Below are positions 38,465 through 46,857 of a stretch of DNA of 57,190 nucleotides, one piece after another. The stretch covers positions 1 to 57,190 of the forward strand of contig QHZE01000454.1 in the NCBI GenBank assembly GCA_003225335.1, given 5' to 3'. Numbering within the stretch: position 1 is the first letter of the stretch; every line of letters starts with the position of its first letter. Below the pieces are notes generated by a model that did not search any database, was not told the DNA's origin, and saw only the letters and a list, made by a program, of their open reading frames with translations. Position numbers and translations under genes: made by a program. This stretch comes from Acidobacteriota bacterium (GTDB taxonomy: Bacteria > Acidobacteriota > UBA6911).

Positions 38465-39839
38465 AAGGCGCAGTTTGGACAGAGCCGAGCGATTCAAGAC
38501 CGGACTTGAGAACAGCGGCGGGACCACGAACGTAAATCAGCACCCCTCCCGGAAAGATCCATTCCTTGGCGGTTTCCTTTACAGACTCCACGGAATTGCG
38601 CTTTACAAGGTCTGCGAACGTTGCGATGTAGTTTGTGCCAAGGCGATAAAGCTCAGCATCCAGAAGAACATCGCAGATCCCTTCGGAAGAACTTAGAGAT
38701 TTTCTGAACTCTTCGATCCAGGACGTCTGCGCACCCGCAAGTTCGTCTGGTGAAACCGCCGAGCCCTTGAACTCTTCGGCCATGTCCAGGATCTTCTTGA
38801 TTTCGGACAGCGCCTGTTCTGCCGCCGCCTGGCCCTGAACATAAAAAGGACCCTGCAACCTCCGGCCCTCGGCGGCCACGGTCAACAGCGACGTGGGAAG
38901 CGCGCGGGTCAGACGTTCCTGAAGAATGCGAGTTGCGAGAGCTCCGGCGTGATACCCAGGCTCGTCCCGGCGCGGCCAGAGATTGCCCAAAACAAACTGC
39001 GCTGCAGGCGAATCCCGATCGTCTTCAAAAACCACGCTTCTCGAGGAAGGGGTGCGCGGCGGGAGAAACGTAAAGGGAACTTCATCCCTCCGCACCCAGA
39101 CGCCCCAGATACGCGCCGCTTTCTGTTGCACCAGCGCGGGCGGGGCAGATCCCGCTATCACAAGGGACGAAGTATTGGGCGAGACGTACCGCCGGTAAAA
39201 ATAGCGCACATCTCCCACAGAAATATTTTGGAGGGAAAGTTTTGATCCCTGCAGCGGGCGGCCGTAACTCGTCCCGCGAAACAGCGCCGCTTCGAAACGG
39301 TTGCGCGCCAGCTGGCGAGGGTCCTGGGGCCGGTCGAGCGTCTGGAGAATTTCTTCCTTTACCTTCGAGAAATCCGCCTCATCGAATACCGCCTCACCAA
39401 CAATCTGGTATAGAAGCAGCAACGAGCGTTCGAACCGCGAACTTTGGCCTCTAAGAATGAACCGGATGCCATCCCAGTCGCAGCGCACTTCAATCGTCGC
39501 GCCCAGAGAACTTAACTCGTCCTGGATAGCTTTAGAGGTCCTGTCCTGGGTCGCTTTCAAAAACATCCGCGCAACGAGATGGGCGAGGCCGCCTTTGTCG
39601 GCCGGGTCAAAGACGGAGCCATAACGCAACACCAGGCCGATCGTCATGCTCTCGCCAAGATGAGGGGCAGAGGCTACGACGATCTGCAAGTCGTTGAGCA
39701 GGCGCCGGAACGAAAGCTCCGGATAGACAAGAGGACTCTGTTCCGAGGCAGCGGGCGCCTGCGCGTGAGTCAGACAGGACGCAACTGCCGGGCAGGTGAT
39801 AAGCAAGATAGCGAAGATACCGATCGCACGAGCGGCCAT
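38463..39839 (-). CDS. M16 (pitrilysin-like) family protein, probably non-catalytic
   Basis: Signal peptide, LLNDLQIVV, GSVFDPADKGGLAHLVARM (HxxEH not intact), HPYG-like TSYGRPLQG, FYRRYVSP. Confidence 0.85.
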   Translation of the reverse strand: MAARAIGIFAILLITCPAVASCLTHAQAPAASEQSPLVYPELSFRRLLNDLQIVVASAPHLGESMTIGLVLRYGSVFDPADKGGLAHLVARMFLKATQDRTSKAIQDELSSLGATIEVRCDWDGIRFILRGQSSRFERSLLLLYQIVGEAVFDEADFSKVKEEILQTLDRPQDPRQLARNRFEAALFRGTSYGRPLQGSKLSLQNISVGDVRYFYRRYVSPNTSSLVIAGSAPPALVQQKAARIWGVWVRRDEVPFTFLPPRTPSSRSVVFEDDRDSPAAQFVLGNLWPRRDEPGYHAGALATRILQERLTRALPTSLLTVAAEGRRLQGPFYVQGQAAAEQALSEIKKILDMAEEFKGSAVSPDELAGAQTSWIEEFRKSLSSSEGICDVLLDAELYRLGTNYIATFADLVKRNSVESVKETAKEWIFPGGVLIYVRGPAAVLKSGLESLGSVQTAP

Positions 39840-39925
39840 GCCTCATCCGTTCGAAAGCCCCGGAAGGCTATCATACAGGGTATGAAAACTCAACCGACCC
39901 CGACTCGACGATCTCAGCGAACTGA

Positions 39926-40008
39926 AAAAACTGGCCACGAATTCCACGAAGTCTTCCACCCTCAGCTGGGCTGTTTCGTGGACTTCGTGGAATTCGTGGC
40001 CAGTTTTT
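39926..40008. repeat. CACGAATT hairpin between divergent genes
   Basis: aaaaactggccacgaattccacgaagtc ... gacttcgtggaattcgtggccagttttt. Confidence 0.9.
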
Positions 40009-40152
40009 AAAAGAGTATTTTCCTCCTCCAGGGCTCTGGATAGACGATAGGATCCTGTCGTATCCTGTGGGTGTACTGATCGCCGGGAACTTTGAGGATG
40101 TATTGAGGGTCATAGAAGCCGTAGGCGGTGACCTCCAGAAAGAAATTTGAGC

Positions 40153-40668
40153 ATGCTGGAACTGAGCATTCCTGAGGGCAAAAGCCCCCGACTCAAGATA
40201 ATGGCCTATACCTGCGCCATCTTCGTTGTCGCGGCCGGGGTGGTGGTTCTGTATGCTCGCTTCCAGGCAGGCCCTCAACCCTCGGGATCCGTGACAGGCC
40301 CGGTGCCGGGGATCGTCCGTCCCGGCGAGCCTGATTTCGAATACTACAAGAAATACATCCGTATTGCCGACGTCAAGGCGTCTCTGGGAACCAACTTCGC
40401 GAAGAGCCGGATAGCCATTGTCTCGGGGTTCATCACGAACGAAGGGGATCGGAAGCTTGAAGCCCTGGAATTGCGCATAGCGCTCTACGATGTGTACAAC
40501 AAGCTCTCCAAGGAACGGATCAGCACGCCCCTGCGCCCGGACGCCGGGCTAAAACGTCCCTTGCAGCCCCTGGAGAGGCGCGACTTCACCGTCTGGATCG
40601 AAAACATCGAGCAGCTTTGGAACCCGAGGCGGCTGGAAATCGAAATAAGCGGTCTCAAATACCAATAA
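40153..40668 (+). CDS. Single-TM protein with FxLYD/DUF3426-like domain
   Basis: TM AIFVVAAGVVVLY, IVSGFITNEGDR, RIALYD, LQPLERRDFTVWIE. Confidence 0.7.
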   Translation: MLELSIPEGKSPRLKIMAYTCAIFVVAAGVVVLYARFQAGPQPSGSVTGPVPGIVRPGEPDFEYYKKYIRIADVKASLGTNFAKSRIAIVSGFITNEGDRKLEALELRIALYDVYNKLSKERISTPLRPDAGLKRPLQPLERRDFTVWIENIEQLWNPRRLEIEISGLKYQ

Positions 40669-40674
40669 TCGTTC

Positions 40675-42900
40675 GTGAAATACGGGGACAGTCACCTTTT
40701 TTCGCCGGCGAGGATTTCTCCCAACGGACGCTCCAGAGCGAAAAAAGGTGACTGTCCCCGTATTTCTTCGTGTCTTCGCGGTGCGTTCCTAGCTTTCCCT
40801 CTTGCCCTGTTCCTCCTCCCGGCCGGGTGCGGAAGGCGAAAGCTGAGCTCGGATGAACTGGAACGTAACCGGCTGTTTGCCGAAATCCTCAAACGTGAAG
40901 ACCGGCGGACCTTGGGAGAAGACGATTTCTTTCCCCGCAACCTGCATTTCTCGACACATCCGGAGGTTCGCCAATGGTGTGCCGTCGCTCTTGGCCGGAT
41001 AGGAAACCGGCGCGCTCTTCCCTGGCTCTACAACGCGCTTCATTCGTCCTATGCAAGCGTGCGGGCTGCCGCGGCATTTGCCGTCGGAGAGATTGAAGAT
41101 CGCGAAACTCTGAAAGAGGAGTTCCTCCGGGTGGATCCCCGCGCCGCCTCGGAACTCGTTGCAGCTCTGGACGACCCTTCGATCCAGGTACGCATGCGCG
41201 CTGTGGAAGCGCTTGGTAAGGCGGGATCGCCTTCGGATTCGGTTGAGATCATCCGGCGGCTTCATGCCCTTCCTTACGAAGGATCTCCCGTGGAGCAAAC
41301 CTACCTCAGACTCGCCATAACGGCCTTGACGCGTTTGAGGGACCCGTCGGCTGTTCCTGCTTTAGAGAAGCTTGCGGAGTCGCCGGACCCCGAAATCCAG
41401 TGGCGCTGCGCCAACGGTCTCTATGGTCTCCGCGCGCGGAAGGCCCGGTCCACCTTCTTGAGACTCCTCCGGAGTTACAACCCTGATGTTCGCGCCCATG
41501 CCGCGCGCGGCGCCGGCATCTGCGAGGCTCCGGACCTGGCTGACGCGCTCATTCCGCTGATCTCGCTGCACGATCCTGACTCCGGAAAGCCAAACTCGCT
41601 GGGGGTGCGCGCCAGCGCGGTCGAAGCACTCGGGAACCTCCGGAACCCGGGGGCAATCCCGGCAATCCGGAAGGCCCTGCAGGAAGCTCCCATCGTTCGT
41701 GCCAACCCGGAGCAGGTCAATTTTGCCGTGCAGGCCGCCGCCGCTCTCGGAAACATTGGCGCGCCGGAAGGGAAGGATGCGCTGGTCCCGCTCACCAGGA
41801 TTCAGGGGCCTGCTGCCGTGAGCGCGGTCATCGCCCTGGCAAAGTTGTCGAGAGGAAACGCGACGTTTTTTGATCTGGTTCGGCTGGAAGACTTCACGAC
41901 CGAAGCCGCGCGTCGTGCGGCGGCTCAAGCCCTGGGCGAAGTTGGCGGCCCGGAGGCGGTTCGCCGTCTGAAACTGATGTTGATTCAGGCAGCCAGCGAG
42001 CGCGCAACGGCGGCGGAGATCCGTGCCGTCCCGGCCGCGGTCGAAGCTCTGGCCCGGATCGGAGTCGAAGATTTGCAGACAATAGTCGAACCCTATCTTG
42101 CGTCGCATGACGGCGTCATCCTGCGAGCAGCCATCAAGGCCTACAAGCCGCCACCGCGAAGAAAAGCGCCGTGGAAACCGCTGGTCGAAGCTTATCAAAG
42201 GATGGCCCCCGGCTGGGACCTGGAGGCGAAGGTGAGTGCGCTGAGCGCCCTGCAACCCTGGCTTTCCGAACAGGACGTGCAGGCGGTTCTGCGCTCGGCG
42301 CTCGGCGACCGGCAGCGCAATGCTCGCGTCGCTGCTTTAAGTCTGCTGCGCAAGGCCGGAGCGACCGATGTGCCGGACGATCCCGGCCCCTCCGAAAGCG
42401 CTACGACCGATATAACCTACAGCATTCTCGCCGTCTCACGGCAGAATCGTACCGTCGCGACTCTCGAGACGGAGCGAGGGAACATAGAGATCGAGCTCTA
42501 TCGCGAGGACGCTCCACTCACGACAGCGAACTTCATCTCCCTTGCCCGCGGCGATTTCTTCAACGGCCTGAGCTTCATGCGCGTCGTGCCCTACTACGTG
42601 ATCCAGGGCGGGGATCCGCGCAACGACATGGAAGGAGGTCCCGGTTACACGATCCGGTGCGAGATAAACATGCGCGCTTACGAAAAGGGGAGCGTCGGGA
42701 TGGCGCTCTCCGGGAAGGACACCGGAGGGAGCCAGTTTTTCATTACTCTTTCGCCACAACCCCGTCTGGATGGCGGGTTCACCTGTTTTGGCAGGGTGAT
42801 CAGCGGGATGCAGGCGGCCCAAAGCATGACTGCCGGGGACAAGATCCTCAAGGTCCGGATTGAGGAAGACCACACCCTTTTCGACTACCGCCGTTATTAA
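40675..42900 (+). CDS. HEAT-repeat protein fused to a C-terminal cyclophilin-type PPIase domain; putative lipoprotein
   Basis: Repeated VR..AA.ALG units; TERGNIEIEL, FFNGLSFMRVVPYYVIQGGDP, GMALSGKDTGGSQFFIT; signal-like FLAFPLALFLLPAGC. Confidence 0.88.
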   Translation: MKYGDSHLFSPARISPNGRSRAKKGDCPRISSCLRGAFLAFPLALFLLPAGCGRRKLSSDELERNRLFAEILKREDRRTLGEDDFFPRNLHFSTHPEVRQWCAVALGRIGNRRALPWLYNALHSSYASVRAAAAFAVGEIEDRETLKEEFLRVDPRAASELVAALDDPSIQVRMRAVEALGKAGSPSDSVEIIRRLHALPYEGSPVEQTYLRLAITALTRLRDPSAVPALEKLAESPDPEIQWRCANGLYGLRARKARSTFLRLLRSYNPDVRAHAARGAGICEAPDLADALIPLISLHDPDSGKPNSLGVRASAVEALGNLRNPGAIPAIRKALQEAPIVRANPEQVNFAVQAAAALGNIGAPEGKDALVPLTRIQGPAAVSAVIALAKLSRGNATFFDLVRLEDFTTEAARRAAAQALGEVGGPEAVRRLKLMLIQAASERATAAEIRAVPAAVEALARIGVEDLQTIVEPYLASHDGVILRAAIKAYKPPPRRKAPWKPLVEAYQRMAPGWDLEAKVSALSALQPWLSEQDVQAVLRSALGDRQRNARVAALSLLRKAGATDVPDDPGPSESATTDITYSILAVSRQNRTVATLETERGNIEIELYREDAPLTTANFISLARGDFFNGLSFMRVVPYYVIQGGDPRNDMEGGPGYTIRCEINMRAYEKGSVGMALSGKDTGGSQFFITLSPQPRLDGGFTCFGRVISGMQAAQSMTAGDKILKVRIEEDHTLFDYRRY
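40678..40765. repeat. Perfect 28-bp inverted repeat (GGGGACAGTCACC family) with a 32-bp spacer, inside the 5' end of the ORF
   Basis: aaatacggggacagtcaccttttttcgc (40678-40705) / gcgaaaaaaggtgactgtccccgtattt (40738-40765). Confidence 0.95.
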
Positions 42901-42955
42901 GCAGCGGGCAATAGGCAGTTTCTGCCTTCTGCCGACTGCCTTCTGCCTACTGCTT
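42901..42955. repeat. CTGCCTT/CTGCCTA heptamer run between convergent genes
   Basis: gggcaataggcag ... ctgccttctgccgactgccttctgcctactgc. Confidence 0.8.
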
Positions 42956-42956
42956 T

Positions 42957-44201
42957 TCAGTGGACTTTCTGCACTTTGTTGCGCATGTAGTCCATCAAGA
43001 TGTATTGGCCGAGCGAGCGCGGCGTCGTGAAGTAAGCCTTTCCCCGGCATATCTCCGTGACTTTTCGCACGAACGCGACCAGATCGTAATCCCTGGCCAG
43101 CATGAAGGTGTTGATGAGGATGTTGGAGCGCCGGCACTGGCTTACCTCTTTGAAGGTGAGCCCAACCACGTAGGGATCCAGACCGAAAGCATTGCGGTAG
43201 ATCGATCCATCTGGCTCGGTAACCGCGGAAGGCTTGCCGTCGGTGATCATGATGATCTGGCGCATATCCTTGTTTTCTCGTGCCAGGATACGCTGAGCGA
43301 GGCGGAGACCTTCGCGCGTGTTTGTATAGAAAGGTCCCACCTGCACGCGCGCCAGCCGGCTCAGCGGGATTTCCTCCGCGGAATCATGAAACAGCACGAC
43401 ATGCAGCGTGTCTCCGGGATATTGGGTGCGGATCAAGTGCGCGAGAGCGAGCGCGACTTTCTTGGCCGGGGTGAAGCGATCTTCGCCGTAAAGGATCATG
43501 CTGTGACTGCAGTCCAGCATCAGGACGGTCGCGCAGGAGGACTGGTACTCGCACTGGTGGATCTCGAGATCCGCATACTCCAGGTCGATGGGGACCTTCA
43601 GTCCTTCGCGGCGTATGGCATTCAGTATGGTGCCACTCACATTCAGGTTCAACGTATCGCCAAATTCGTAGAGCTTGGAGGCGCCGCTTGCCTCCACGCC
43701 GGTTGCCATGTCCCTGGTGTCGTGCCGGCCGAAGCTCGACTTACCCAAAGAGCCGAGCAGGTTCTTAAGGGTCTTGTACCCCAGAAAATCGAGGGCCTTG
43801 TCGGTAAGCTCGAAACGCACCTGGGATTGCGAAAGACCCCGTCCTCCCTTGCCTGTGACGGGTTTCTTACTCTTCTGAATCCTGATGTAACCTTCCCGAG
43901 CCAGGCGATCGATCAGATACTGGACGAGACGCGAGATTTCAGAATTCTCGAACTCCTCTCTGTCCTCCATCCGCTCGAGTTGATCCAGCATCTCGTCCGA
44001 AAGCGTGCCGCTGCGCAGGAGCGCGTTCAGGATGGCGTCGTGCAAGGCTTGTAAGTCCCGGTCCGAATTCCGGAAATCGTCGAAGTATGGGTTGTTGAAA
44101 CCCGACTGGAGGAGGAAATCAGAAAGCTTGTTGAGCAACTCCTCGATGCTCAGCGAGTCCCAATCCTCTCCCGTATGCCTGGAATACTTGATCGACTTCA
44201 T
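42957..44201 (-). CDS. VWA domain protein (partner of ChlI-like ATPase)
   Basis: GRHDTRD, DCSHSM (MIDAS), [22 protein letters not shown]. Confidence 0.88.
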   Translation of the reverse strand: MKSIKYSRHTGEDWDSLSIEELLNKLSDFLLQSGFNNPYFDDFRNSDRDLQALHDAILNALLRSGTLSDEMLDQLERMEDREEFENSEISRLVQYLIDRLAREGYIRIQKSKKPVTGKGGRGLSQSQVRFELTDKALDFLGYKTLKNLLGSLGKSSFGRHDTRDMATGVEASGASKLYEFGDTLNLNVSGTILNAIRREGLKVPIDLEYADLEIHQCEYQSSCATVLMLDCSHSMILYGEDRFTPAKKVALALAHLIRTQYPGDTLHVVLFHDSAEEIPLSRLARVQVGPFYTNTREGLRLAQRILARENKDMRQIIMITDGKPSAVTEPDGSIYRNAFGLDPYVVGLTFKEVSQCRRSNILINTFMLARDYDLVAFVRKVTEICRGKAYFTTPRSLGQYILMDYMRNKVQKVH

Positions 44202-44205
44202 GATT

Positions 44206-44251
44206 CAGTGGCCGGTGGCCAGCGAACCACTGACCACTGGCCACTGACCAC
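44206..44251. repeat. CAGTGGC / CCACTGA heptamer hairpin
   Basis: cagtggccggtggcc ... accactgaccactggccactgaccac. Confidence 0.8.
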
Positions 44252-44256
44252 CGCCT

Positions 44257-45738
44257 TCAGTTCCACTTCTTTCGATTCTCGCCCTGGTTTTCGAAGTAGG
44301 CCTCGCGCTGTTTCTTTTCCAAAGCCGCAAACACGCGTTCCTCGTCGCGGCTGATCTTCTTCTGAGCATAAAGACCCTCCAGCACGAACTCCGCGGCTGC
44401 GACACGCTGGTCGGCGGAATGTTTTCCGGAGCCCAGAAGCCTGTCAGCCTTCTCGAGCAATCCCTGGATCGCCCGGAACTGCGAGAGGCATTCTTCCGTG
44501 GAGGCGTCCGCAGGCACGCGCAGGCTCCCTCCCAGTTCGAACCAGTCCACGATCCGGACAAAGTCTTCACCCTCGCTGTATTTCTGGAACACTTCGCCTA
44601 CTGCGGCGCGAATCAAGTCACGCGCCACGTTTTCGGCGCCCCGGAGCTCCCCCTCGTATTCCAGCTCAAATTTTCCCGTCAGGGAGGGCATGGCCGCGTA
44701 CACGTCGCCCACCCTGGGAACCACGACCTTTTCTTTATGAAACAAGGCGCGCCGCTCGGCGTTCGAAAGTGTGTTTTCCATGCAGGTGATCGGCAAACGC
44801 TGGCTCACGCCGCTGCGCTTGTCCACCCGCGGATCCTTCCGAGCCGCGAAGGCCACCGCCTCGACGATCTCCGCCACGAATGGAGGGATGACAGACGGAA
44901 TCTCTCCGTTGCGATTGAGCCACGCCTCCTGCCGGGTGATAGCCATTCCGTCTCCAGGCGTCAATGGGTAATGTGTCCGGATCTCGGAGCCGATCCGGTC
45001 TCTGAGTGGCGTGATGATCTTCCCGCGCGCCGTATAGTCTTCCGGATTCGCGGAAAACACCATCACTACGTCCAACGGGAGACGTATAGGGTATCCCTTG
45101 ATCTGAACGTCCCCCTCCTGCAGGATATTGAACAGACCGACCTGGATCTTGCCAGCCAGATCGGGGAGCTCATTGACGGCGAAGATCCCTCTGTTGGCGC
45201 GAGGCAGCAGGCCGTAATGGATCGTGAGCTCGTCCGAAAGATCCAGTCCTGCTTTGGCTGCCCGGATCGGATCTACGTCACCGATCATGTCGGCGATTGT
45301 GACATCGGGAGTTGCCAGCTTTTCAACATAGCGCTCTTCCCGGTGGCGAAAACCAATAGGCAGGTTGTCCCCCATCTCTTCAAGGCGCCGGCAACAGGCT
45401 CTGCAGATCGGGGAATAGGGTGAGTCATGAATTTCGCACCCTGCCACGCACGGGAACCACTCATCCAGAAAGTGAACAAAGGAGCGCAGAATCCGGCTCT
45501 TCGCCTGGCCTCGCAAGCCAAGCAGGATCATGTTATGTTTACTCAAAATCGCGTTGATGATTTGGGGGACCACGGTTTCGTCGTAACCCACGATGCCCGG
45601 AAAGAGGGTCTCTCCCTTGCGAAGCTTTTCGAGCAGGTTCACCCGCATTTCGTCTTTAACAGTACGCCCTCCGGAGTGCAGCGCATGATAGGGACTGTTG
45701 CGGAGCTCTCCAAACGTCCTGGGGAACTTCTGATTCAT
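44257..45738 (-). CDS. Magnesium-chelatase (ChlI)-like AAA+ ATPase
   Basis: True start MNQKFPRTFGELR (ATG 45738); LGLRGQAKS, YVEKLATPD, FAVNELPDL, SANPEDYTARG, DRIGSEIRTHYP. Confidence 0.88.
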   Translation of the reverse strand: MNQKFPRTFGELRNSPYHALHSGGRTVKDEMRVNLLEKLRKGETLFPGIVGYDETVVPQIINAILSKHNMILLGLRGQAKSRILRSFVHFLDEWFPCVAGCEIHDSPYSPICRACCRRLEEMGDNLPIGFRHREERYVEKLATPDVTIADMIGDVDPIRAAKAGLDLSDELTIHYGLLPRANRGIFAVNELPDLAGKIQVGLFNILQEGDVQIKGYPIRLPLDVVMVFSANPEDYTARGKIITPLRDRIGSEIRTHYPLTPGDGMAITRQEAWLNRNGEIPSVIPPFVAEIVEAVAFAARKDPRVDKRSGVSQRLPITCMENTLSNAERRALFHKEKVVVPRVGDVYAAMPSLTGKFELEYEGELRGAENVARDLIRAAVGEVFQKYSEGEDFVRIVDWFELGGSLRVPADASTEECLSQFRAIQGLLEKADRLLGSGKHSADQRVAAAEFVLEGLYAQKKISRDEERVFAALEKKQREAYFENQGENRKKWN

Positions 45739-45800
45739 GCCCCTAACACTAGCCGAAACAGCGAAGCGAGTCAAACGCTCAAACCTTCCAAGCGTAACCG

Positions 45801-45926
45801 TGAAACCACCGATAAACACGGCGCAGCCCAGTCGCAACCAAAAAATCTCACCACGAAGACACGAAGACGCGAAGAAATCCTGTGCGATTCTTCGCGTCTT
45901 CGTGTCTTCGTGGTGAACAGGATACC
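45801..45926 (+). repeat. About 125-bp composite dispersed element, copy 2
   Basis: Inverted copy of 7540-7664. Confidence 0.85.
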
Positions 45927-46023
45927 TGGTGGACGAAGAGAATGAATTCGTTTTAAATGAGGCGGCTTTTCGAATAAAATCGGCACTCAGGGATACATTC
46001 AAACACCCTTCAAGGTTGCCATC

Positions 46024-46557
46024 ATGTCCGTGGGTGTGATCTATTTTCTGACTTTTGTGACCGGCTTGGGGTACACCATGCTTGTCGGCCTGGCGGGCCA
46101 CTTCTTCGGCGATCACGGAGTTGACGTGCACATGGAGGCAGGCATGGATCTTCCCATCAGCCCCTTGAGCCCAACAGTCATCGCCACGTTTCTCACGGGC
46201 TTCGGTGGAGGCGGGTTGCTTGCAAATTCCTACTTTCAGCTTTCTTTGGGAAAGGGCGTACTGGCGGCGCTGCTGACTGGAATCCTGCTCAGCGGGGGCA
46301 CGTTTGGCATGCTGACGCTCCTGTTCCGAGGCACCCAGGCGGGGAGCGAGTTCTCGTTCCAGGACATGGTGGGAAAGGTAGTGCAGGTGGTCACACCAAT
46401 TCCGGAGAACGGGACCGGAGAGATCGCCTTGATAGCAAAGGGCGCGAGAATCAACTCCCCCGCCCGCGCGGTCGATGGCAGCGCCATACCGCGCAATGCG
46501 GCCGTCGAGATCGTGGAGGTAGTCGGAACTGTCTTTTACGTCAGGAATGTCCATTAA
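46024..46557 (+). CDS. NfeD-like membrane protein (OB-fold C-terminus)
   Basis: Three hydrophobic segments, LSPTVIATFLTGFGG, VVTPIPENGTGEI, ARAVDG..IPRN..VEIV; upstream of flotillin. Confidence 0.85.
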   Translation: MSVGVIYFLTFVTGLGYTMLVGLAGHFFGDHGVDVHMEAGMDLPISPLSPTVIATFLTGFGGGGLLANSYFQLSLGKGVLAALLTGILLSGGTFGMLTLLFRGTQAGSEFSFQDMVGKVVQVVTPIPENGTGEIALIAKGARINSPARAVDGSAIPRNAAVEIVEVVGTVFYVRNVH

Positions 46558-46564
46558 GGGCCCG

Positions 46565-46808
46565 TCCAAACCTCTGGACCGTATTTTCATGCGCTTGGGT
46601 GCGGCGCGCATGTAAGACTGCCGTCAGGCTCGGAGTTCAGGCTTTAGCCTGCTCGGACGCCGTGCAGACTGAAGGCTGAACTCCAAACCTGTGGACCGTA
46701 TTTTCATGCGCCTGGGTGCGGCCCCGGCGCATGCAAGACTAACGTTAGGCTCGGAGTTCAGGCTTTAGCCTGCTCGGACGCCGTGCAGACTGAAGGCTGA
46801 ACTCCAAA
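46565..46808 (+). repeat. Tandem duplication (117 + 121 bp), each unit containing a REP-like palindrome
   Basis: Both units read tccaaacct.tggaccgtattttcatgcgc.tgggtgcggc..gcgcatg.aagact..cgt.aggctcggagttcaggctttagcctgctcggacgccgtgcagactgaaggctgaac. Confidence 0.92.
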
Positions 46809-46857
46809 TCTTGAGAGTTCTCAGTTGCAACGCGTAAGAATCTAAGGCGGAGTCGAC

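Noticed and set aside
8449-44054. Long antisense ORFs such as 8449..9438, 10338..11618, 16486..17382, 18329..19390, 22896..24044, 24144..25607, 26296..27549, 29736..30746, 32177..33718, 34918..36498 and 42960..44054
   Set aside because: Each mirrors a well-supported gene on the other strand; expected in GC-rich DNA with biased codon use; no recognisable domains.
45739-46611. N-terminal 290 aa of the 784-aa ORF 44257..46611
   Set aside because: Antisense to the nfeD gene and runs through a repeat; ATPase similarity starts at MNQKFPR (45738).
46565-46808. Possible CRISPR mini-array
   Set aside because: Only two units, the intervening sequences are similar to each other rather than unique spacers, and there are no cas genes.
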